Of a DNA stretch of 32,000 nucleotides, positions 1-12,000 are shown in pieces (position 1 is the stretch's first letter; each line of letters begins with the position of its first letter). This stretch comes from Chlamydiota bacterium. GTDB taxonomy: Bacteria; Auribacterota; JACPWU01. The notes under the pieces are model-generated. The model saw only the letters and a program-made list of their open reading frames with translations. It made no database searches and was not told the DNA's origin. The position numbers were made by a program, and so were the translations under genes. The stretch covers positions 60,001-92,000 of the forward strand of contig JACPWU010000003.1 in NCBI GenBank assembly GCA_016196885.1. Direction: 5' to 3'.

Positions 1-3000
1 CGCCAGGATGTGGCGTTGGCTTTTGTCATCACATTGAGACGGCAGGGATTGTCCACAGAAAATGCCTTTGCGCATCTTCAAGATCTTCAACGAGCCGTGG
101 AACGGAGTCAATCTAGTTTAAACTATTTAGAATCATTGCTAGGTTCTGAGACTTCAAATCAGGTACGTGAAGCGGTTGAACGAGGAGATCGACAGGCTTT
201 ACTTCTCTTGAAAAGAGAGATTATGGATGGATCGAAGGTTTGTATTGATCCTAATGTCGATCGATATTTAATATCCCTTCTGCAGTTTATTTCAAGTGAG
301 GGTGCTGTCCATATGGACCTCATGCTAGATAAGATGGCCGAAGTGCTCAAGGCCCATCGTAAATCTCATCTTTCTTTACAGACCGATCTTGTCCCAGGTC
401 TTCAGATTTGGCAGGCAGAAATGTCGGTTTATGGCTGGGGGGAACTTGAGAAGGTTTTTGGGAAAGACATCCTTCAACAAATTCAAGAGGCTGTGAGGCT
501 TGACAAGCCAGAAGATGTTGCGAAAATTACACTTTCTCCTGACATTCGTCACCGGGCCGAAGAGGCCATGGTGGGATCCAGCCGAGGAAGGCCGGTGGAG
601 CAATATATTCGATATGTCCTTCTGATTTTAGAAATCGAGAAGGCTCCCTTGACACTCCCCTTTCATGAAGTGACTTTTTTTGGAGAAGATTTTTTTAAGC
701 GAGGCGCCTCTCCTACTTTCATTTTGGATTATTTTAAGGCCAGAACTTACCTAAGATCCAGTTATTCTCTTTATCATCGTGCCGCGGGCAATTTTGAAAG
801 TTTGGAGCCGTTTATTGAGGAAGTGGATCGCGAGAATAAAACGATCATGGGTTCACAGAAAGAGAGAAGGCTTTTTGTCCAACCTCTAACCCCCCCCGAG
901 AAATTGTCACCGGGGGAAGAGGGGTCCTATCTTTATCGCTTCGAAATGGGACTCGATTCCTATTTTGACATGGGTAATCATGATATTCAGATGTCGGCCT
1001 TGATTGTTCGCGGCGAACGAGAGATGTTATGGAAATTTGAAGAAATGAGGGTGAAGCATATTCCTGAGCTTAGGGAACAGTTGGCTGAGGCAAGAGAGCG
1101 CGGAGATGAAAAATTAATCGAGCAACTCGAAAAGGCTTTAGAGAAATGGAAAGAGGCTCGGATCGTGCCGTTTACTTATCGGGAAGTAAAAGAATTTCTC
1201 GAAGCAATTAAAAAGGGGGAAATGGATAAGCATGAGATTGATCTATTTTTTGAAACCGCTCTTTATTTTCAAACCAAACTTTTGGATTCGGGTCTCGTGA
1301 CGCTGGACTACTTTAATGGTGTGTCCTATTTAGTGAATCATTTTTGGAACGAACCCGGCCTTTTTGAGTGGCTGATGCAGTATCGTACGGAAACTAAAAT
1401 TGTTGAATTGTGGACCCAAGAGCCTGACAAAAAGGATTTGGGGCCGGAGGGAAACCGCTGGAAAATCTATTCACTTTTGGGACGCATGATTGCTCAAGGA
1501 ACTCCGTCTAGCGAATTGGTTGAGCGCCTGGTGAATCTTGATTTAGAACTTTCAGGGAAAGGGGTTCCCAATGATCGGTCAAAAACTCGGATGAAAGAGG
1601 GCATTGAAGCATTTCAAATTTTGAGGGATGTGATGATAGAAATGTTGGGGCCGAGCCTTCATAATCAAGAAAAGAAGACGGCCTTTCGCCGTTTGATTGA
1701 GGAATTGCTTGAGAGCCCATCTTCTTTAGGTCCATCTTTAGAAAATTGGCTTTGGGGTGTTCTGGAAAGCCGTATTGGAATCACGGAGGCTCAAGATTGG
1801 AAATTAAATAAAGAACGACTCTCTCAAGTTAGAAAGGATGATGAAAAGACAAAGGCGGATACGGCTGATCGTGCAAATGCCATTATGAGAGAACGTCCCA
1901 ACCTTTTAATGAAGACAGATCTTAAAAAATCTGATTTGCGTCTTTTAGGAATGGATCCAAAAACGGCGGATGAGTTCTGGCAATATTTAACTCAATCAGG
2001 ATTTCTTGAACCGAATCGGGAATTGGACGGCCTTTTAGCGGGCAACGTGAGTCAGGACTTAAGAATCCGGTTAGTTGCGGACGAAAGGTTAGGAGGAGAA
2101 CTAGAGGCCTTGAGGGTGGGGATGTCAGAAGAAATGCGAGAGGAAATGACAAGGTTATTGGGGTCGCCTTTGATGCAGGGTTTGGATGATGTGCTTTTTT
2201 CTTCCGTCAATGCTGTAGAGGAACTTTTGAGTGCAAAGATCCCAGAACCCTTGAAAAGATATTTACCGGTCACTCTATTGAGTTCCATGACAGCTTTGGA
2301 GAAAGTGAAGTGGATTCGGGAAGAATTTTTAAGTGATCCAGCCACTTTCGAGTTGGTGATGAGTCGCTCTGTTCAAGTACAACCAAGAGAGCCTGGGATG
2401 GAGCACGCTCTTGAACAATTGAAAACCATTCTTCTTTCTAAAAATGCCTCTTTAAAAGGGATTTTTGAAAAGCATGCAGATGCCGTGGGTCGCATTCAGG
2501 GCGCTTTAAGAGATGCTGGCCCTTCTTCAAGAGAATATTTAGAGGGGCTATTGGCATTGGTATTGCCCGATAAACTGGAGCAGTCGCATGGGAAAGATGT
2601 TGTCAATGACAACGATCCTTTTAAACCTCTTAAGCCTCTTCAATTTACTTTAAAGTGGGAGAGAAAATTAAGTCCTGAACTGCGTTTGCATTTGGGTCAG
2701 CTCTTTGAAGATCTTATCAGACACCGAGAGGAGTTTGAGATACAGCCTTTCACGGATGAAAATCGTTCTTCTATTCGTCAAATTCTTGGAATAGCCTCGA
2801 CAGATCGAAATCAGGCTTTTGAAGGTTTAAAAGCCTATTGCAGAGATGAAGCAGTCATAACTCGAGCCCTAGACAGGGCTGTAGAAGGAGATATCGAGGG
2901 GGGGCTTGCTTTATTAGAGCCTTTTGCGAAAGAGGATTGGATCTTGAGGGGAGTTTTTCGGCTTAAGGCTGAAAAGGCCGATGTTCAAACGGCGGTAGCC

Positions 3001-6000
3001 ATTTTAGATCAGTTGTATCCTGGATTTCACATTGATCCAGGTTATTTAGAAACTTTAGAAACACGGATGAAGGAAGGATATCGTGCCTCTGATATCCGTC
3101 ATTATCTCGAACACCGTGAGCGTGCGAATGCCCTTCTTCTTGTGATGCACAATTTGGATGATGAACAAGTCAAACGTTCGCTCCTTCGTTTGGAAGGACG
3201 GTTCCCAGACAATTTTTCAGAACTTTTCCCTGAAGAACGAAAGAAATTCGATGATGCGGTTGATGGACCTCTAAAAACAGAAATAACTCAACTGGCTTAT
3301 TTGGTAGAGGCTTATCGCAAGCTTCCTTATCGAGGGCCTCGCGTTCAGTTTAAAAAAACAGGGATTCTTTATCCAACTTATCACCCTGAAGTTCGTGTGT
3401 TGATGGCTCTCCCTGAAAATGAGTTGGAAGCAAAATTAGTTCAGGCTTTACAGGATTCTTTAGGAATTAGACTTACCCCCGAGCAGTTAGAACGGCTTAA
3501 GATGCGAGATATCAGTAACGGGGATAGTGGTGAAGTTGTAAATCGAATTCTCAATTTTGGAAATGATACAGCCGATGTCTTGCGCAAACTCTCTTACAGT
3601 AATTTTGGAGTAGATTGGCGGGTGAAACTGATGCTCTCGAATTTGGAAGGACTCGATCGAGAAATGCCAGACACGGTTCGCGATGAATTAAACAGCGCTT
3701 TAGGAGAGGATGTTGTTCATCAGATTGAGACAGCTCTTCAGATGACGAGAACATCAGCAGATTCTCTCCATCAAAGCCATATTTCGATGTCTGAGCCTTT
3801 ACGAACGGAATTAACGGGTCTTTTGGGTGCACCGCTTCTTGACTCAATGAATGTTATTTTTGCCTCTGAGACTGTATCCTTAGGGGAGTTGGGTGAAGGT
3901 AAAGGGTTAGAGCCTCTAAAGCCTCTTTTGGGAGAGACCCTTGTCTCTTCAATTCAAGCAGTTTTATTGGATCATACAATCCCAGACCCTCAGAAGATCA
4001 CAACTCTAAGAAATATTCTATCTCGAGATGAGCATGGAGCTACGATACTCCGTATGGTTTCTTTATTCCCTGGAGATTTAGCCATTCCAAATACTCTGGA
4101 TAAGCTTCATGAAATTTTGCCTGATCTTGATAACAATTCATTAACGATACTGGTTCATTTGAGAACCTTATTGGACCCTGACTATTTTAATCGGCTGAGA
4201 GTATTAGTTTTAGCTGATACAACGGCTTGTGATGTGATTCGTTATCACCGAATGGATACAAAAGATCCTGCTTATGAATATTTCAGAGCCCTCAGAGTCA
4301 TTGTAGATGACAAGTCTCGTGTCGATCTTTTAAAGGAGATTGTCCTCGATCAAAAGTTTTCTTCTCCACAAGAAGGTAAAAAAATAAGTCCTCCAAAACT
4401 TTCTGAACAGGCTAGACAATGGCTTTCTCTGACCATGCTCCTCACAGAAGGGTCTTATCGGCCTGAACTTTATAATCTTATCCGAGAAAATCCTGCCACG
4501 GTCGTCTCACGCATGCGGGGGATGATTTTGGTGGATCAAGCCAGCGTTGACATCATGGCCAATGCTTATGTTCGCGAGGGACTTTCCTATCATGATGCCC
4601 GGCAATTGAGGGATGGATGTACGATTTTGAGCGAGGCCATTCTCTCCAAGCACAAGGACTTGAGAATAGGCTCAAAAGCGCCAGAACTAACTGAGATGGT
4701 GTACTACCTCTCAACGGTCCTTCAAGACTCGGTTTGGGGTCAACCGGTTGTTCCAACTCCGGTGGTGACTCCTTCTATGATAAGGGAAGTCGTGGAGGAA
4801 TGGTTTGGCACAATCAAGGCTGATTTAAACCTTTCAGAGGCTGATTATAAGGCTTTAATAGATCAAGTGACAAAAAATGCCCTGACACCTGATGGCAAAA
4901 AAGTTCGGGTGGCTCCACATGAGATTAGACTGGTGGTTGAAAATGCCAGAGCCATCTGGACGGGCGCAAAATTTACGGGTGAAGAGTTTTTTCCCGACAA
5001 ACCAAATCCTAAAGCTGAAAAGGCTTGGAAATTACTACGCATTTATTGGGAGCAAGAAAACAAAGGGCGACCCCGCACATTCGGGGATGTTTTTATTCAC
5101 GCCCTTCGAAGTGGGAAAACCAATTTATTAGAGTATTTACCTCAAGAGGATCTTGCGTCCCGTTCTCTTCCTCAAGAAGAGGAATTGGAACAATATCTTG
5201 AGCGCAATGCAGAAATTTTAAAGTCCGTTGGGTTTGGTGACCTGCATATATCAGATATTCGTGAGCATGAACTTAAGATGAACGATGCCATGGAGAAGGT
5301 CTGGACCTATCTTTTAAAGGATGATCTTGAGAAAAAATATGGGGATAAGATTGAGACACCGAAGGGATCAGATGAAAAGATACCCAAAATCCTTCTAGGA
5401 ATGGGTGCAGTCGGATGGGGGGTGGGAATATTAGCTAACGTCAAAACATCTGTGAAATCAGGAAGGATTTCAAAAATTCTAAAAGGGTCTGCATGGTTGA
5501 CAGGTATAGCGGGAAGGCTTCTTTTCAGAGTCGCTTGTCATTTTTTAATCGCCTTTGCTGCCGCCTATCTCTTTGATTTATCTTTTGAACGAGGCTACTT
5601 GGATTCGTTCTTAGAATCTCTCGGAGATTTTTTTGGTTTTATCCCTCCTAAGTTTGAGACAGGTTCACTACCCAGAATATTTTATGTCCTGAAATTTATG
5701 AGTCTCAATGTTTATAAAAATGGTCTACCACTCCTGGCTATTTTGGTTTCTTTCTTTTCTATTTATGCGGGAGGACTTGTGGCCCATGGCCTCTTTGACC
5801 GCAAAAACCAATTGAAAAATCGTACCCGAAAAATCGTACATACTGCCATTGAAATTCTTCTTCCGGTCGGAGTCTTTTGGGGATTGGTCTTCACAGAGTC
5901 TTTTGGGCCCATAGGACCTGCCTTTGAGGCCCTGGGACATTTGGTGACATTGACCCTTATTTTTATTCTCACCCTCTATCATACGGGAGCGATTCGTAAG

Positions 6001-9000
6001 TTGATTCTCGAAACCCTTCCTCATTATCTCAAGGTTTATTTGAAGGCTTTGTTTTTAAAAGAAAACATGGATCGTGAAAAAGAGCATGCCCTTGCCCCCT
6101 TAAGAATGAATCTCTACATGATTCCACACCGTTTTGTCATGCTCATTTTCGCGATCTTTTACGGTGTTCTCATCACCATGCACGTATCCTCATCTCCCTG
6201 GTTGACAGCCCTCGTTACGGCGATGGTCTCACTTCTTTTTTGGTCCAATGCCTATGTCTCTGTCACAGGTGTGGGGGATGTGATCATTGCGCCCCGTACA
6301 TTGAATGAACATCCCTGGATTAAGAACCATGGCATTATGCCCATGAAATACCATAGTGCCCTCTTTGTTCCCTTTATAGCAAGTTCTAAGACGGATGCCC
6401 GAGATGTTCTTATGTTGGTTCATCGCTCGTTCCTTGAAAATGTAAAAATGTGTGAGGTAACCAAAGATGACCATGGCACTTACACCATTCAACATTTTGA
6501 TGGAACAAAGGATCCAGATGTTCCGATCGAATTCTTTAATCAGAAGTTGCGGGAAAGGATACAGGGTCTTAGTCGAGGGGGAGAGGACTTCATCAAAATT
6601 CCAGACCCACGAGATCAGCTCAAGGTGATTATCAACAGTCAGGTGAAGGATAAAGAGGTGATGCAATTAGAGATAGAATTGATCAAGAAATTTCAGGAGG
6701 AATTGGGAGACGATCGTTTTATTTGGATACATCGCAACATGGATGATCCTTTCTTGAGAAAGCCCGGAACGATGTATGATGCCCTTGCGGGGTTACTCTT
6801 AAAATATTTTCGCCCCGCGGTCTATACAGGTTCTGTCATAGATAAGAGAGAAAAAATCATCAGAACAGATAAAGAAAGTGGAAAAAAAGTAGAGCTTTTA
6901 AGGTATGACCCTTCTGACCGGTATGGGCTGAGGGAACGGAGGGTGTTCAAAGTGGAGGGAATGAAAATCAGCGACGACGCGGATTTCTCGTTTCACATGT
7001 ATTTCTATGGGGATGATCCGGAAAATCCCCTTTTTGAAATTGAGGAAGGTGCACTTTATGAAATCCAATACCGTGAAGAAGGGGATAGAACAATCAGAGA
7101 ACGTGTTCATCTTGCGCATGAACATGAATATGAAATCAGCGATTTAGATCTTAATCATGTTTCGATTATGAGTCGTGAAACAGGAAAGCCTTTCAAGGAT
7201 TCAAGGGGAAGGGTTTTAACACCTCGTCCTCTACGCTTTTCAATGGACAGCATACTTGAATATAAAGATTCCGAAGATCGTGCTGTCAAATTAAGCATTG
7301 ACCCCGAAGGAAATACTCTTTGTCTGGAAGATTATACGGATCCTAGAACCAATATTTTCTATCCCAGAGGAAGTATTTATTCCAGGGCAGGTACGCATGA
7401 GTTGGATTTCACTTATCATCTTTATAAAGTAGATTGGAAAACGGACAAGGCTACACTTGTAAGAGATGAAGAGAATAAACCCCTCCGTGTGGACATTGTG
7501 AAAAGAACCTATACTGCAAATGAAAATCATGTGGACTTGCAGTTCTTGAATGATTTTAAAGATACAGAACCCGCTGTCTTTTTAAGGGTTGGAGATTTAA
7601 CAACACCTAAAGGCGAACTTCCTAAATACAAAGGTCAAGAATTAACCTCTAAAAATTTTGAGTATAGTGGCGATGTTCTGGAAGAAGGGAAAATTATCAC
7701 TACCAAAATCATTGGTTCTAAGCAGTTTCGACTGAGAGCGGCAAGAGATCAAAATGGAAATTTGATTCCTGAAAATGAGGTAGAAATTTTATATTTTGAT
7801 TTGGTTCCTGTGGATGGTGAAAACGCAAAGCCAGAAATTAGGGCGGTTCGAATCGCAACCCCAGAAGATTTGCTTCATAGAACAAGAAAAGGAGATTTAA
7901 TTTCTGGAGGGAAGATTAACGAGGAGGTTGAGAAGAAGCAGGCTGTTTTAATCAAAGAAGACGGTTCTCTGGAATTTGGTGAAAATTTTCTCGGGAATGC
8001 TCTTAAAAAAGGTTTATGGAAAACCACGTATGGAAATGGGTTTTTCTTGAAGGATAGAAAGGGAAATTTGGTTCAGGATCCGAATCAAGAAGGGCGCCCC
8101 TTCATACAAGGACAGTTTTTCGGTGAGGGGGATTGGAGAAGGCAAAATCCCTTGCTCCCTATATGGAAGGTAAATCCAGATTTGATTGGAGGCTTTCAAG
8201 AGAGTGGAGTTTTAACGGCTAAAGAAGCTCGCCAGATGTCAGAAAAAAATACGGTGCTTGGAGATGTTCACAGTCTTCACATGGGGAAACGAGGGGATGA
8301 AAAGCATTATTTAATTTCTCGACTAAAAGAGGGTGGAGCCCCTACCCCTGGAAGACAGGTCCGAGGTGGCTTTTTGGTGAATGAAGCAGATGACTATTTT
8401 GAAGTGACGCGAGAGAATTTAAGTGAGGCCACGCGTAAAGGAAATGATACGGGGGGCGCTAGAAAAGGTGCTTTGGTCCACAAACGCATCGAGCTAAAAA
8501 ATGGTCGATGGATTGAGGTTTGGAGTGTCGTGGCTGAGCAGGCTAGAGATTTTGATCTCTTAAAGCCAGTAGAAGATAAGGATACAATGATTCTTCGTGA
8601 GAAAGGTAAGCCTCCTATTCTTGGTAAGAAAGGCAAAGAAGGAAGTGGCCTTTTTTATCTTCATAACGCTCAAACAGGGCAAGTGGTTTTAGATCTTGCA
8701 GGCCATAAAGTCGAAGCGGATCATGCGGTAGAAATTTTTCATCAGCCTGATGGGGATAATGAGTTTCTGATTGGGACAGTCCATTATGTAGGATCCAGGC
8801 AGGCCCTAGAACGCGAATTTGACAATGACTACAGCATTTTCCAAGAGGAATTGCCTTTTGACCTGGGCAGTTGGGGAAGGGCACATTACCCGACTACGCA
8901 AACGATTGCACAAAATAAACTATTTTATCCCCTGGCATTGATGTGGAGACTCGCAGGTAAAACTGCCTTTTTTGGAAAGGGATCTCACACGGGATCTACC

Positions 9001-12000
9001 TTCCTTCGCAGAATCATTCTGATGGAGGCGACCAAAGCCATCCAGAGAAGTCACGATCATACAGAGGCCGGGGCGGGGGGTTCCGCTTTGATTGAAGCCG
9101 TAGAGGCAGGAAGGCCCAGGCGCGGGGTCGCGTGGGCTTACCGAATTGTCTTCTTAGGGATAGGTCTTTTAGCTTCTGCATTTGCCCCTTCTTATATTTC
9201 AAAACCGGTATGGATTATTTTTCTCCTCATGGTCAATCCCTGGTGGCTTAAAAATGAATTTAAACATAAAGGAAAGCAAATGGAGGAGGCCCATTCGAGC
9301 TATACTTTTTCAAAGGCCCGTTTACAAGAGTGGCGAGTCGGGGACAACAAGATTCAGCATATCAAAAATCTTTATTATCGGGCCTTTGTCTATTTTATCA
9401 GAAGCTATACCCAGCCTCGCAATTTCCCTAAGGCGATTAAAACCCTCTTTCAGGCCTTTAAGGAGACTCCCACGCTCATCGAAAAATTTATCACCTGGAT
9501 GAATTTTATGGGCATTCAAAATGATCCAACCTTTGCGGGTTGGCTGGGTCTTTTATTTTTTACGGTTTTTAAGCCAGGCATGAGGGAATTGGCTTTCCCC
9601 TGGCTCTCAGACCTTCTCTTTATCAGCGCCATGATGCTTCTCATCAGTGTGACCTATCAAATCCGTCCCGTTCTGCGTAGAATTTTTAGGGAGCCATCTC
9701 CTAATATGAGAGTTTGGCTCTTGCGTACGGGGCGCAATTTGCTTGCTTTTGTCATCCCAATTATTATTGCTGTTTTGGTGGGTGATTTCGTCTCCACAGA
9801 GTGGACAGGCTTAACCCAGGATCTTTTTGACGGCCTAAGCCACTTTTTCAGAATGAGTTATAGCTTAACAGTAGGTCAAGGAAATCGTTTCTTAAGCATT
9901 AATCCGTGGATTCATATATTTAACAGCGTTCCCTATGTGCTGACCATGGTTTTAGGCTGGGGCTTCACATCCGTAGGAAGAGACATTGTCCGTGAATTTT
10001 ATCGCGGCATGTATTTGGTGTTCTGCAGTACATTGGTCCTCATCCGTAATTTATGGAATGTGACAGAAGCAGGGATCGTGGCCCTCAAATCACATGTGAG
10101 ATCTATTCCCGCAAAATGGACCACAGGGTCGGTGATCGAAGGATTTATGATGGATAATCTTATTAAAACAACCGACTTCTTCAAAAATGGTCTACCCCTT
10201 TTCTTGATTGGGTCAGGGCCTGTTGTCCTAACTGTTTTAGGCATTATACAACCCACCTATTTGGGTACTTCTTATACCATTATTATCTTTTCATTGATGC
10301 TAGGCTGGCTGGCGGATAAATGGACTACCGATTATGGCATGAAACGCTTCTATAGATTTCCTCAAATGGGCGTGGCGGAGGACCGCATTCAGGAACTCGT
10401 GTTTAGTTTGGAGGAATTCAATCTGAGATATAAGAACAGTGATAAAGATGAATACGCCTTCCGCCGTCGTATTCGTCAAATCGGAGGTCCCGTCCTTGTG
10501 TTTAGTAAGGACAAAGGTTATGAATTAGGAGAACGAGATTTAGCGCGACTTTACTTATCTAAAAATTATTTTCTGGCAGAGCAAGAACTCCAAGAAATAT
10601 TTCCCCTTTTATACATCCAAGACAATCTTCTCGATCAAAATATTAATAGAATTCTAAAAAGAATCAATAAGCGTAGAGAGGGACATGTTGAACTACTTCA
10701 GAAAGAAGTCTTGGAAGCCATTTTAAATATATTGAGAGGCAAAGAGAATGAAATCAAGGAAACCGATTTACGTCCTTTTCTTGAATATTTAGGAGAGATC
10801 TATGATTTAAACCATCGTGATGTAGAGCGTCTGTACGCTTGGTGTGCGATGAATTTTGAAAAATTTAACAGGCGGATTGTCTCAACATTTTTTACGTGGC
10901 CTTATGAGCCTGAGCTAAGAAAATGGTTAAAAGATCGAAAAGAGAAAAAGTCTTGGCAAACCATCGAAGGCAAAACGCTTGACCAAAAATTGGAAATTTT
11001 TGCCGAGCGCTTTTTGTTTAAGCCGGGCGTCTTTGCGGGTCACACCCGATTCTGGCAATATCCCCTGGCCCAGGATGGACCCTGGTGGGCCTATTTATTG
11101 GTTTTTTCAGCCGTCTTTGTCCCTGCCTGGCTTTTCTTTTGTGCCTATCTTGGATTTTTCTCCTTCATCGTACCTCTTTCTTTTGCCCTCTTGGCGACCT
11201 TGGGCATGTTAGGATCTGGACAATACTTAGCACTCAGCATAAAATCCTTGGCTCATCCTGAAGCCCGTAAACATCAGGTTTCCTTGCCCCGATATCTTCT
11301 TCAAACTATTTTTAAGAAATTGATGTTTTGGAAATCTGGATCTGAAAATGTGATGACCACCCTATTCTATTCAGTCCTTGCACTTCTAAAGATAGCAGCC
11401 ATCGGCCTCCTTTTTAATTTTAGCCATGTGAGTGCAATCATTTTGTTTGTTGCAGGCACCATTGCCATCATGTCCTGGGCTATGAAGCGTTCTCACAAGA
11501 TTCTCTTTGCCGTTTTTGGAACGGTCTTTACCTTTGGCCTTTTTGCGGAATTTCTTCTCATGGTTGAAATATCGGTGGGAGCAACCCTCTTTTTGTCAGC
11601 CCTTCCAACCCTTCCTTTGGTTTTTGCCGCAATCGCCTTATATCTCCTCTATCATATTCTGAATTATTACTTAGCTCGAACGGACGAATTCTGGAAGAGC
11701 GCTGAAGATGAAAAAAGGATGGATGCTATTGTACAGTCAGGGTTGGGACTCAGAGAAGAACTTGAGCCTGGATTTCAAGAAGGAAATAATTTTCGCACAA
11801 CGAACCCAGACACTCAGCTCTTGATTGACCTTGGTATTTTGGAAGGGGTGACCTCGTGGAACCGTCAGGGCGGTGGGGGATCAGATTCTGAGCCTTCTGA
11901 CGTTCCCCCAGCTCCCTGGGCGCCTCCTTTAGGCGAGGTCGAAGGTGGAAGGCCGAGGGTGGAAGGAAAATCACACGAGCGAGAAGTTGTTGACTCAGGT

